Below, in pieces: positions 36,373 through 45,687 of a DNA stretch of 64,000 nucleotides. The stretch covers positions 449,783 to 513,782 of the forward strand of contig CAVTMO010000007.1 of assembly GCA_963735875.1 (NCBI GenBank), written 5' to 3'. The notes beneath the pieces are model-generated. The model did no database searches. It worked only from the letters and a program-made list of their open reading frames with translations, and was not told the DNA's origin. The translations under genes and the position numbers were made by a program. Position 1 is the first letter of the stretch; the number at the start of each line of letters is the position of its first letter. The DNA comes from an uncultured Acidobacteriota bacterium. GTDB lineage: Bacteria > Acidobacteriota > Vicinamibacteria > Vicinamibacterales > UBA2999.

Positions 36373-38779
36373 TCAGCGCAACCCGAACTGGAAATCGACG
36401 CGGAAGGTGCGCGGCGCGCCGAAATGCGTCCCGCTGAACGGATTGCCGAAGTTCAGCGCGTATTCGTCATCGAAGAGGTTGAGGGCGCTGACGCGGATGG
36501 TGAACTCGCCGCGGCTGCCGCGCAGCAGCCGCTGCGACACGGCGGCGTCGACCACGAATCGTGGCTCGACGCGTCCGCGCTCGGCGTCCACCCGGTCGCC
36601 GCCGGGGCGTTCGTCCAGCTCTTCGAGCTCGTCCTCGTCGAGCTCCACCGGCGTCCCGCTCTCGAAGTGCGCCACCAGCGACGCGACCAGTCCGCGGCCG
36701 CCCGGCTGGAACGTCAGGCCGCCCGAGGCGACGTGCCGCTGGTCGTGATCGGGCGTGAAGCGGGTGCCCGGGCCGATCTCGGCGATGTCGTCCTCGAGGA
36801 AGAGCCCGCCGTTGATCGGCCCCTCCTGTTCCACCTTCGACAACGTGTAGGTGAGGTACGACGACCAGTTGCCGGCGCGCGGCAGCTCGAGCCGCACGTC
36901 GAGCCCGCGGGCCCAGCCGCGGGCGACGCTGTTGGGGAACACGATCGTGGTGCCGAAGAACACGTTCGGGTCGGCGTAGTTCTCCACCGACCGCGACCAC
37001 CCCGCGACGTCGGCGCGGACCCGGCCGCCGAGCCATTGCTCGACGCCGGCCTCCCAGGCCCACTGACGTTCGGGCTCGAGCGTAGCCCCGCCGCCGTCGA
37101 GATCCTCGTCGTCGACGAACGGCGACAGCGCTCGGGCCTCGGGCGACGACGACAGCAGCAGGTGCTCGGGCTGAGGGGGTTGGTAGAAACGGTTCACCGA
37201 TCCGCGCAGCGTCGTCGAGGTCGACGGCCAGGCGTAGGCGAGTCCGACCCGCGGGCTCCACTGCGTGGCCGCCACCAGCAGGTGCGTGCTGTCGAACCGC
37301 AGGCCGACGTCGAGCGTGGCGCGGTCGTTCAGCCGCAGGCTGTCCTGCAGGTACGCCGACCACTGCGTCCGCGACACGTCATCGCTGAACACGAACGGAT
37401 CGTCGAGGGTGAAGGCACTGGCGCCCTCGCTGATGCCGGCCTCCTCGGCCTCGTCCTCGTCGGTGACCGCGAAGGTGAAATCCTCGTTCAGCCACAGCTG
37501 CGCCACCTCCAGGCCCGCTTTGACGGTGTGGCGATCACGCTGCCAGGCGAGGCTGCCCAGCACGCCGACGCGGGCGTGGCGGCGGTCCGACTCGGCAAAC
37601 AGCGGGACGGCAGCCGGCGTGTCGCTGAGGTCGGAGGCGATGCGGCGGTAGTAGCCGGCCACCTGCGACACCAGGGCCTGGGACCACGCTCGCTGCCACG
37701 ACCCGGCCGCCGCGCTCTGGTGCAGCGACTCGCGCTGATCCTGGCCGACCTCCTCCTGCAGGTCGCCATGCGGCACCTCGAAGCTCGCACCGCCGATAGC
37801 CGGCGGTGAAGTTCAGTCGATCGTCAGGGCCCAGGGCAAAGGCCGCCCGGGCGCCGCCGGAAGCCGATCCCCCCTCGTTGTGGAAGTTGTCGGGATGCAC
37901 CGGATCCAGGAAGCGATCAGAGCGCTCACCGGCAGCGTTGAGGGCCAGGTCGGCCTTGCCGAGCGGCCCGCTGGCGAAGGCGCGGCCGGCGGCCAGCGCA
38001 TCGCTGCCGGTGCCGGCGTCGAGCTCGCCGGTCCAGCGCTGCCGCGATACGGCTGCGGAGCGAATTTCGATCACAGCCCCCGACTTCAGGCCGTACTCGG
38101 CCGGCACGTAGCCGGTCATCACGTGCAGGCTGCCGATGCCGGCGGGATCCGGGGCGATGCCGAAGAGCTGATCGACGCGGTCGTAGACCGGCACGCCGTC
38201 CTCGACGTAGAGGAGGCCGTCGTCCACGCCGCGGACGTGGACCAGGCCGTTGTCCTCGCTCGCCCATCCGGGCAGCGTCGTCAGCATCTGCTGCAGGCTG
38301 CGGCTCGACAGCCGCGCCGGGGCGGCGCGCAGTGCGTCGCCCGAGATGGTCAGCCGGGATTCCACCGTTGGCTGCGTCGCGGCGCCGTGCACCACGACAT
38401 GCTCGGCGGCCTGGGGCGTCAGCTCGATGGCGACCATCACCGGCAGCGCCGATTGCACCGCCACCGAGCGCGCGCCGGAGAGCCGGGCGGCGGTCTCGAC
38501 GCGCACGGTGTAGCTGCCCAGCGGCACCGCGTCGAGCGTGAACGCCCCGGCGGCATCGGTGACCGCGGTGGCGAGCGCGTAGCCCAGGCCGTCGACCAGC
38601 GTCACCTGCGCGTCGCCGACCACGCCGCCGCTGGAATCGGTGACGGTGCCCCGGACGACGGCGCTCTGGGTCTGGGCCGTGGCGGCGTGGGGCAGCCCCG
38701 CCAGCACGCACGCCACCAGCAGGCGGCGGGCCATGCCGGTCATCCCCGGTCGTCCGGACCGCACCTGCATCCGGTTCAC
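36373..38779 (-). pseudogene. TonB-dependent receptor with CarboxypepD_reg-like N-domain, one frameshift near 37790
   Basis: The N-terminal ORF (signal peptide, VVRGTVTDSSGGVVGDAQV, plug-like region) and the C-terminal barrel ORF ending in FRVDFQFGLR are in different frames and overlap between 37535 and 37776. Confidence 0.65.
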
Positions 38780-38785
38780 TCGATC

Positions 38786-40003
38786 CTAGCGCCGCTCGTT
38801 CTTGTAGACCTTGCCGCCGCGCATCACGAACCGCACGCGTTGCAGGGCCGTGATGTCGGTGAGCGGGTTGCCCTCCACCGCCACCAGGTCGGCGTGCAGG
38901 CCGGGCGCGATGGCGCCGATTTCGCCCTGCAGGTTCATCGACTCGGCGCCGAGCGAGGTCAGCGACTTGATCGCCTCCATCGGCGCCTGGCCCGACTTCA
39001 CGCGCTCCAGGATCTCGCGCATGTTCTGCCCGTGGGCCCCGGCCACCGCATCGGTACCCATGACCATCTTGAGCCCCGGCGTCTTCAGCGCCGCCGCGAA
39101 CATCGCGTCCTTGAGCCCGAGCGCCTTCTCCATCGAGGCGAAGCCCTCGTTGGTGTAGTTGCCGATGCCGAGGAACTTCGCCCGGTTCTCCAGGTAGTTC
39201 TGGGTGACCAGGCCGATGTTCGGGTCGAACCACACGCCCTTGTCGGCCAGCATGCGCAGCGCCTCGGCGTTGGCCAGGCCGCCGTGCTCGATCACGGTGC
39301 AGTTGGCCCGGGCCGCGCGCATCATCGCTTCGGGAGCGTGCGCGTGCACCATCGATCGCAGGCCCTGCGCCCGCGATTCACCGCACGCCGCGTCGACCTG
39401 CTCCTGGGTGAGGGTCGGCACGCCGCCGTCGCGAATGCTGGCCGAGGCGAAGATCTTGATGAGGTCGGCGCCGGCGGCCTTGAGCTGCCGGATCTCGCCG
39501 CGGATCTCGTCGGGGGTCAGCTTGGGGTTCGACACCTGGCCGAGCGAGGACAGCAGCCGCGGCCCGGGGATGACGCCGCGCGCCAGCGCCTCGCGCAGCG
39601 GCTTGTCGGAGGCCGAGCCGACGCTCTGCACGGTGGTGAAGCCCGCCAGCAGCGTGACGTAGGCGTTCTCGGCGCCGTAGAGGGCCGCCTGGTCGGCCGG
39701 CTCGGGCCCGCTCTGGTAGCGGCCGTTGGCGTCGAAGTGCCAGCCGATGTGCACGTGGGTGTCGATGAAGCCGGGCAGCAGCGTGAGGCCGGTCAGGTCG
39801 TAGGTCGGGGCGCCGGACGCGGCGCCGACGGCCGTGATCCGGCCGCCACTCACCGTGACCATCGCGTCGGTGCGTGACCCGCCGCGGCCGTCGAGCATGG
39901 CCGGGGCGCGCAGCGTGATGGCAGGGCTCTGTGCGGTGAGGGCCGGCGCGGCGGCGAGGGCCGTGGACGCCAGCACGGCAGCGAGCGCGAATCGGCGGAT
40001 CAT
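38786..40003 (-). CDS. Secreted amidohydrolase
   Basis: Signal peptide FALAAVLASTALAAAPALTAQ. Metal motif LLPGFIDTHVHIGWH. C-terminal ADLVAVEGNPL. Confidence 0.8.
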   Translation of the reverse strand: MIRRFALAAVLASTALAAAPALTAQSPAITLRAPAMLDGRGGSRTDAMVTVSGGRITAVGAASGAPTYDLTGLTLLPGFIDTHVHIGWHFDANGRYQSGPEPADQAALYGAENAYVTLLAGFTTVQSVGSASDKPLREALARGVIPGPRLLSSLGQVSNPKLTPDEIRGEIRQLKAAGADLIKIFASASIRDGGVPTLTQEQVDAACGESRAQGLRSMVHAHAPEAMMRAARANCTVIEHGGLANAEALRMLADKGVWFDPNIGLVTQNYLENRAKFLGIGNYTNEGFASMEKALGLKDAMFAAALKTPGLKMVMGTDAVAGAHGQNMREILERVKSGQAPMEAIKSLTSLGAESMNLQGEIGAIAPGLHADLVAVEGNPLTDITALQRVRFVMRGGKVYKNERR

Positions 40004-40100
40004 GGCGGTCTCCTGGCGCGCATTCTACGCGAAGGTGTCGACGAGCCACGTCGAGCCGGCTCCGCTGGCGGGCGCCAGCCCGTCATGCCCCGGCGCTACG

Positions 40101-41543
40101 ATGGCGGCCATGCCGACCACGCGATCCGACGCCAGGCTGCAGGCGGGGCTGCACGACGTGCAGCGGCTGCTCGAGCGTCACCGGCTGCTCGAGCACCTCA
40201 CCGCCCGGCAGGAGGGCCCGAATCGCGGACTGCTCGAAGACCTCCAGCACCGCCAGAACGTGGCGGAGCTGCACAAGCACATCCGCGGCATGCACGCCGC
40301 CGACGTCGCTTACGTGCTCGAGGCCCTGGCACTCGAGGATCGACGCAACGTGTGGGCGCAGGTGCCGGCGGAACACGCCGGCCTGGTGCTGGTCGAGGTC
40401 GGCGACGCGGTGCGCCAGTCGCTGGTCGAGCTGACCCCGCGCGACCTGCTGGTTACGCTGCTGACCTCGCTCGACCCCGAGGATCTCGCCTTCGTGTCCG
40501 ATGCCGTGCCGGCCGACGTCCTGACCGAAGTGTCGACCACACTGGCGTCGGCGGCGCGGACGGTGTTCGAGGACACGATCCGCTACGAGGACGACACCGT
40601 GGGCGCCTACATGACGCGCGAGTGGATCGAGATGCCCGACGGCCACACGGTGGAGCGCGCCATCGGCGACCTGCGCACCCGGGGCGAGCTGCCGCCACAG
40701 ACCGATCGCGTCTTCGTCGTCGACGCGCGCCACGTCCTGGTGGGGACGGTGCCGCTGCAGGCGCTGCTGGTCCAGCCGCCCGATGCGCTGGTGGTCGCGG
40801 CCATGAGTCCCGACACGCCCGCCTTCGGGCCGTTCGACGACGCCTCCGACGCCGTGAAAGCGTTCGAGCGCTACGACCTGGTCTCGGCTCCGGTCGTCGA
40901 CGACCGCGGCAAGCTCATCGGCCGGCTCACCGTCGACGCGGCGATGGACGTGATGCGCCAGCAGGCCGACCTGCAGGCGCTGCGGACGGCCGGACTCAGC
41001 GAGGACGAAGATCTGTTCGCCGCGCCCTTCACCAGTGCCCGCAACCGGTGGCCCTGGCTGGGTGTCAACCTGGTGACCGCGTTCATCGCCTCGCGGGTCA
41101 TCGGCCAGTTCGAGGGCACCATCAACCAGCTGTCGGCGCTGGCGGCGTTGATGCCGATCGTGGCCAGCATCGGCGGCAACACCGGCAACCAGACGATGGC
41201 CATCGTCATCCGGGCGCTGGCCGGGGATCGGGTGCAATCCGCCGCCACCGTCAAGCTGCTGCGCAAGGAGCTGCTGGTCAGCCTGCTGAACGGCTCGGTC
41301 TGGGGACTCATCGTCGGGCTCTTCGCGTTCGGGTTCTACACGAGCGCGGCCCTCGGCGCCGTGATGAGCGGCGCCGTGGTGCTCAACCTCGTGGTGGCGG
41401 CGGTGGCCGGGGTGATGATTCCGCTCTGGCTGCATGCCGCCGGCCGCGATCCGGCGCAGGGATCGAGCGTGCTGTTGACGTTCATCACCGACGCGATGGG
41501 CTTCTTCCTGTTGCTGGGCCTGGCCACTGTATTCCTGCTGTAG
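40101..41543 (+). CDS. mgtE: Magnesium transporter MgtE
   Basis: MgtE N-domain (HAADVAYVLEAL), tandem CBS region, and the C-terminal membrane domain with PIVASIGGNTGNQ and ITDAMGFFLLLGLA. Confidence 0.85.
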   Translation: MAAMPTTRSDARLQAGLHDVQRLLERHRLLEHLTARQEGPNRGLLEDLQHRQNVAELHKHIRGMHAADVAYVLEALALEDRRNVWAQVPAEHAGLVLVEVGDAVRQSLVELTPRDLLVTLLTSLDPEDLAFVSDAVPADVLTEVSTTLASAARTVFEDTIRYEDDTVGAYMTREWIEMPDGHTVERAIGDLRTRGELPPQTDRVFVVDARHVLVGTVPLQALLVQPPDALVVAAMSPDTPAFGPFDDASDAVKAFERYDLVSAPVVDDRGKLIGRLTVDAAMDVMRQQADLQALRTAGLSEDEDLFAAPFTSARNRWPWLGVNLVTAFIASRVIGQFEGTINQLSALAALMPIVASIGGNTGNQTMAIVIRALAGDRVQSAATVKLLRKELLVSLLNGSVWGLIVGLFAFGFYTSAALGAVMSGAVVLNLVVAAVAGVMIPLWLHAAGRDPAQGSSVLLTFITDAMGFFLLLGLATVFLL

Positions 41544-41634
41544 CGGCGGCCTGCTTGCGGCGGCCGCGCGGCTGCGGCTACCATCGGCCGGCGCCGCCCT
41601 CGCGGGTGCCGCTGTTCGTTTCCAGGAGGTCGCC

Positions 41635-43116
41635 ATGAGACATTTCGTGCTAGCGGTCGCGTGTGCGGCCCTCGTCGTGCTCCCCACCTCGGCCCGGCAG
41701 ACCGTGCCGGAGCTGCCGTTCGAGTCGGTGCCCAATCCACTCACCATGCCCAACGACGTCCATTTCGGCGAGATCGCCGGCGTGGCCGTCAACTCGAAGA
41801 AGCACGTCTTCGTCTTCTCGCGCGGCAACGTCACCGGCGCGGCCTACATGGCCCAGGCGGCGCAGCTCCTGGAGTTCGACGCCACCGGCAAGTTCATCCG
41901 TGAGATCGGCAAGAACAACTTCGCCCTCTCCTACGCCCACGCGGTCCGCATCGACAAGCAGGACAACATCTGGATCGTCGACAAGGGTTCGAACATGATC
42001 GTGAAGTTCAACCAGCAGGGCCGCGTCGAGTGGCTGTTCGGCCGCAAGGGCGAGTCGTCGCACCTCGACGTGCCGCCCGACTACGCCTCGCAGATCGGCG
42101 TGCTGCTGAAGCGGGCCGGGCTGCCGGTGACGCTGCCCGAGAACAACAACCCGCGCAACCCGGTTCCGGTGCATCGCGACAACGCCTTCAACCAGCCGAC
42201 CGACGTGGCGTGGGACTCGAAGGGCAACGCCTACTTCAGCGACGGCTACGTGAACTCGCGGGTGGCCAAGGTCAACGCCAAGGGCGAGTGGGTGGCCAGC
42301 TGGGGCTCGCTCGGCAAGGGCCCCGGCCAGTTCGACACGCCGCACGGCATCGCCGTCTCGCCCAAGGACGAGGTCTACGTCGCCGACCGCGGCAACCGCC
42401 GCATCCAGGTCTTCGATCCTGACGGCAAGTACCTGCGCGAGTTCACCATCGACGTGCCGGTCGATCCGAAGCGCGGGGCCATCACCTACGGCCAGGCCAG
42501 CCCCGAGCTGAAAACTGGCTCGCAGGCGCCAGGGGCGCCGGATGCGCTGTGCATGACCCCCGGGCCGAATCCCGTGCTGTTCGTCGGCGACCTCTACCCG
42601 AGCCGCATCTACAAGGTGTCGCTCGAGGGCAAGGTCCTCGGCGTCTACGGCCAGCCGGGACGCAACCTCGGCGAGTTCGGCTGGATCCACGCCATCGCCT
42701 GCCCGTCGGAGAACGAGATCTGGGTCGGCGAGCTGATCAACTGGCGCGTCCAGAAGCTGGTGACCAAGGGCAGCCGGACGAGCCAGCAAGTAACCTGGCG
42801 GGGTCTGGCACCGTTGGCACGGGAGGGTGTGCCGCAGTGCGATCAGTCGGCGTCGCGCCGGTTCCGGGTGGGGCGAATCATTCGGGCGTCGCGGTTGTGT
42901 GCCAGCAACGCACGATTTGCAATCACCGCTGGCGCCGTTGGCGCGAGTCTCGTGCCAACGGTGCCAGGCTCGTTGCGCGACCCCTACTGCCGGTCGGCGG
43001 TGCGGAACAGCTCGTCGGCCGACTGCAGCACGATGTTGGTCAGGCGCGGGGGATACGACGGCGGTGCCGCGGCCAGGAAGTCGCGCACCGTCGTCGCCAC
43101 GAACGGCGCCCGGTAG
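41635..43116 (+). CDS. NHL-repeat six-bladed beta-propeller protein (PAL-like), with a suspect C-terminal read-through tail
   Basis: AGGAGG RBS, signal peptide, and repeated NHL-like motifs (PHGIAVSPKDEVYVADRGNRRIQVF). The homologous core ends near NWRVQKLV at about 42770. The remaining roughly 110 codons run through repeat copy B and overlap the convergent aminopeptidase gene. Confidence 0.6.
   Translation: MRHFVLAVACAALVVLPTSARQTVPELPFESVPNPLTMPNDVHFGEIAGVAVNSKKHVFVFSRGNVTGAAYMAQAAQLLEFDATGKFIREIGKNNFALSYAHAVRIDKQDNIWIVDKGSNMIVKFNQQGRVEWLFGRKGESSHLDVPPDYASQIGVLLKRAGLPVTLPENNNPRNPVPVHRDNAFNQPTDVAWDSKGNAYFSDGYVNSRVAKVNAKGEWVASWGSLGKGPGQFDTPHGIAVSPKDEVYVADRGNRRIQVFDPDGKYLREFTIDVPVDPKRGAITYGQASPELKTGSQAPGAPDALCMTPGPNPVLFVGDLYPSRIYKVSLEGKVLGVYGQPGRNLGEFGWIHAIACPSENEIWVGELINWRVQKLVTKGSRTSQQVTWRGLAPLAREGVPQCDQSASRRFRVGRIIRASRLCASNARFAITAGAVGASLVPTVPGSLRDPYCRSAVRNSSSADCSTMLVRRGGYDGGAAARKSRTVVATNGAR
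42800..42967. repeat. Inverted-repeat (MITE-like) element, copy B
   Basis: Perfect 17-bp terminal inverted repeat CTGGCACCGTTGGCACG (42805-42821) / CGTGCCAACGGTGCCAG (42951-42967). The 5' end shares 23 of 25 nt with 18899-18923. Confidence 0.55.
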
Positions 43117-45578
43117 CCGCCCAGCGTGGCGTCCATCCAGCGCTTGGGGAAGAAGATGTCGCCGGTCCGCTGAATCTCCAGCAGCAGGTCCAGGCTGGGC
43201 CGCACGTATTTCGCCGAGGCGGCGGCGCGCAGCGGATGGTGCAGGTACTCGAGGCCGTCGAGCACCCACGGCTCGCGGCGCCGGTTGGCGACGTCCTTCA
43301 GCGACTGGAACCAGCGGTCGCGCACCGCGGCATCGGCCGACAGGGCCGGCATGATGAACTGGAAGCGCGCCTTGCGGTCGGGGTTCTCGATCCGCGCCAG
43401 CTGCCCGTCGAGAATCGCCGGCCAGTTGGCCACCTCGCGCACGGCCAGATCGAGGGCCAGCGCCGAGTAGTCGGTCTCGGCCAGCGGCAGGCCGGTGATC
43501 GTCTCCGACTTGTCCCACACCTTCGACAGCCACGCCAGCGTCGGCGGCGTCGTGGCCAGGCGGCGCAGCGCACCGAACCACGCGGCCTTCTGGCTCGGCG
43601 TGGTGGCGGCGTCGAGCCCGGCGCGCAGCACCGCCTCGGCGCCCTCCGCGCGCTCCTTGCGCTCGGTGTCGCTCAGGTGCCGCCACCAGGCGCCGGCGAC
43701 GTAGTTCAGGATCCGCTGGCGGCTCTGCTCGTCGGGCTCCTTCGGCACCGAGGCGAGCGCGGTGTCCACGAACGTCGTCGCCGGCACGGTGCCATCGAGC
43801 ATCGACTCCCACAGGGTGACCCACGCGGCGCCGCGGGTCAGCGGATCGGCGATCGCGCCCACCGAACGCGACAGATACGCGCGCGACATCGGGTCGAGCA
43901 CGAAGCCGCCGTACGCCCAGCCGCCGCCGGTCGGCAGCACGTAGCGAGGTTCCGGCCACCCGACGACCTCGGCGGCGCTCGCCCGGTCGCCGTTGAGCGC
44001 CACGGTGACGGTGCGAGGGCCGTCGGGCTGATCGACGACGACCCGCAGCTGCTGCGGCCAGACGAGATCGCGGCCGCGGCCGTCGGCCTGTGCGAAGGCC
44101 AGCCGGCTGATCCGGCCGCCGTGCACGTCGAGCTGCACGGCGATGGTCGGACGGCCCGGGCTGTCCACCCACACCTGGCTCCACGCCGCCAGATCGGTGG
44201 GCGTGCGGGCGTCGAGCACGGCGATGAGGTCGCTCCACGTGGCGTTGCCGAAGGCGTGCGCCTTCAGGTACTCGCGCAGGCCGTCGCGGAACGACTCTAC
44301 GCCGAGCACCTGCTCGAGGTGCCGCATCACGATCGGCGCCTTCTGATAGATGATCGCGCCGTAGAGGCTGCCGGCCTCGCTCAGGTTGTCGAGCGGCTGG
44401 CGGATGGCATTGGTACCGGCCGTGCGATCGACCTCGTAGGCGGCGGGGTAGTGTGCGTAGAGGAAGCGCAGGTCGTGGTTCACTTCGGGGAACGAGGGGT
44501 TCACGATCTTCGCCGCCATGAAGTTGGCGAAGACCTCCTTCATCCACACGTCGTTGAACCAGCGCATCGTCACCAGATCGCCGAACCACATGTGCGCGGT
44601 CTCGTGCGAGATCACCGAGGCACGGCCCAGGTACTGGTTCTGCGTCGCCGACTCGTCGAGGAGCAGCCCGGCGGCGTTGTAGAGGATCTTGCCGGCGTGT
44701 TCCATGCCGCCGAACTGGAACGCGGGGATCGCCACGAAGTCGAACTTGCCAAAGGAGTAGGGAATGCCGGTGTACTCCTCCATGAACGCGATGGCGCGGG
44801 CATGCAGGTCGAAGATCGCGTCGCGGTTGCGGACCACCTTGGCCGCGTCGGTCTCGCGGTGGAACATGTGAAACGTCCGGCCCCCGCGCTCGGCCGTCTC
44901 GACCTGGAAGTCGCCGACGACGAACGAGAAGAGGTAGGTGGGGAGGGGCGGCGTCTCAGCGAACTTGGTCGTGACGGCGCTGCTTCGCCCAGCCGGGCCG
45001 TCGAACAACGAAATGTCCGCCACCTTGTCGGGGGCGCCGTTGCTCACCGCCTGCCATTCACCCGGATAGGTGAGGGCGAGGGTCCACCGCGCCTTCAAAT
45101 CGGGCTGATCGAAGACGGGAATCGCCAGGTGCGCCCGCGCCGGCACGAACAGCGCGTAGAGGAAGTCGGGGTTGCGGTTGAGCGAGGCGTCGCCGGCGGT
45201 GAACTCGATCCCGATCGCGGTCGGGCCTGGTCTGAGCGCCCCGGCCGGCACCACGATGTGGTCAGGCGGGAAGGTTGCTGCCGCCGGGGCGCCGTTCACG
45301 GTCACGCCCTTGATGTTCGCGCCGCCCGGCGCGAAGTCCATCACCAGCGGTTGTGAGGCATCGCTGAGGGCAAATCGCGCCGTCATCGTGCCGGTGATCG
45401 GCGACTTCTGATCGCGCGGCACGTTCAGCGCCAGCTCGTAGCGCAGGTCCTTGACGATCTCGGCACGTCGCGTGGCGACCTCGAGCGGGATGCCGGGCGC
45501 CGGCGTGGGCGTCTGCGCCGCCGCCTGTGCGCTGATCAGAACCGTGAGCGACGCCGCAGTGACTGCTGCCTTCGACAT
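42984..45578 (-). CDS. M1-family zinc aminopeptidase, secreted
   Basis: HETAHMWFGDLVTMRWFNDVWMKE gives HExxH-x18-E, with a GGMEH exopeptidase motif variant. Signal peptide VTAASLTVLISAQAAAQ. Confidence 0.85.
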   Translation of the reverse strand: MSKAAVTAASLTVLISAQAAAQTPTPAPGIPLEVATRRAEIVKDLRYELALNVPRDQKSPITGTMTARFALSDASQPLVMDFAPGGANIKGVTVNGAPAAATFPPDHIVVPAGALRPGPTAIGIEFTAGDASLNRNPDFLYALFVPARAHLAIPVFDQPDLKARWTLALTYPGEWQAVSNGAPDKVADISLFDGPAGRSSAVTTKFAETPPLPTYLFSFVVGDFQVETAERGGRTFHMFHRETDAAKVVRNRDAIFDLHARAIAFMEEYTGIPYSFGKFDFVAIPAFQFGGMEHAGKILYNAAGLLLDESATQNQYLGRASVISHETAHMWFGDLVTMRWFNDVWMKEVFANFMAAKIVNPSFPEVNHDLRFLYAHYPAAYEVDRTAGTNAIRQPLDNLSEAGSLYGAIIYQKAPIVMRHLEQVLGVESFRDGLREYLKAHAFGNATWSDLIAVLDARTPTDLAAWSQVWVDSPGRPTIAVQLDVHGGRISRLAFAQADGRGRDLVWPQQLRVVVDQPDGPRTVTVALNGDRASAAEVVGWPEPRYVLPTGGGWAYGGFVLDPMSRAYLSRSVGAIADPLTRGAAWVTLWESMLDGTVPATTFVDTALASVPKEPDEQSRQRILNYVAGAWWRHLSDTERKERAEGAEAVLRAGLDAATTPSQKAAWFGALRRLATTPPTLAWLSKVWDKSETITGLPLAETDYSALALDLAVREVANWPAILDGQLARIENPDRKARFQFIMPALSADAAVRDRWFQSLKDVANRRREPWVLDGLEYLHHPLRAAASAKYVRPSLDLLLEIQRTGDIFFPKRWMDATLGGYRAPFVATTVRDFLAAAPPSYPPRLTNIVLQSADELFRTADRQ

Positions 45579-45582
45579 CCCC

Positions 45583-45615
45583 GAATTGTAACGGGGTCAG
45601 ACCCCGTGACAATTC
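45583..45615 (-). other. 15-bp-stem hairpin between the permease stop and the aminopeptidase start (terminator or translational element)
   Basis: GAATTGTAACGGGGT CAG ACCCCGTGACAATTC with one A/G mismatch. It ends 4 nt upstream of the aminopeptidase ATG on the minus strand and lies about 70 nt downstream of the ADOP permease stop. Confidence 0.45.
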
Positions 45616-45687
45616 GAGTGCAGAATTCGCGAATGCCGCAGAAGTCTCCACGGTCTGAGTGGTCACCGTGACAGGCCTGGAGACAAT

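Noticed and set aside
40004-40100. Possible Mg-sensing (M-box) riboswitch upstream of mgtE
   Set aside because: The leader is under 100 nt, and I could not recognise the conserved M-box helices. Only a short 6-bp hairpin (TCGACG...CGTCGA) is present.
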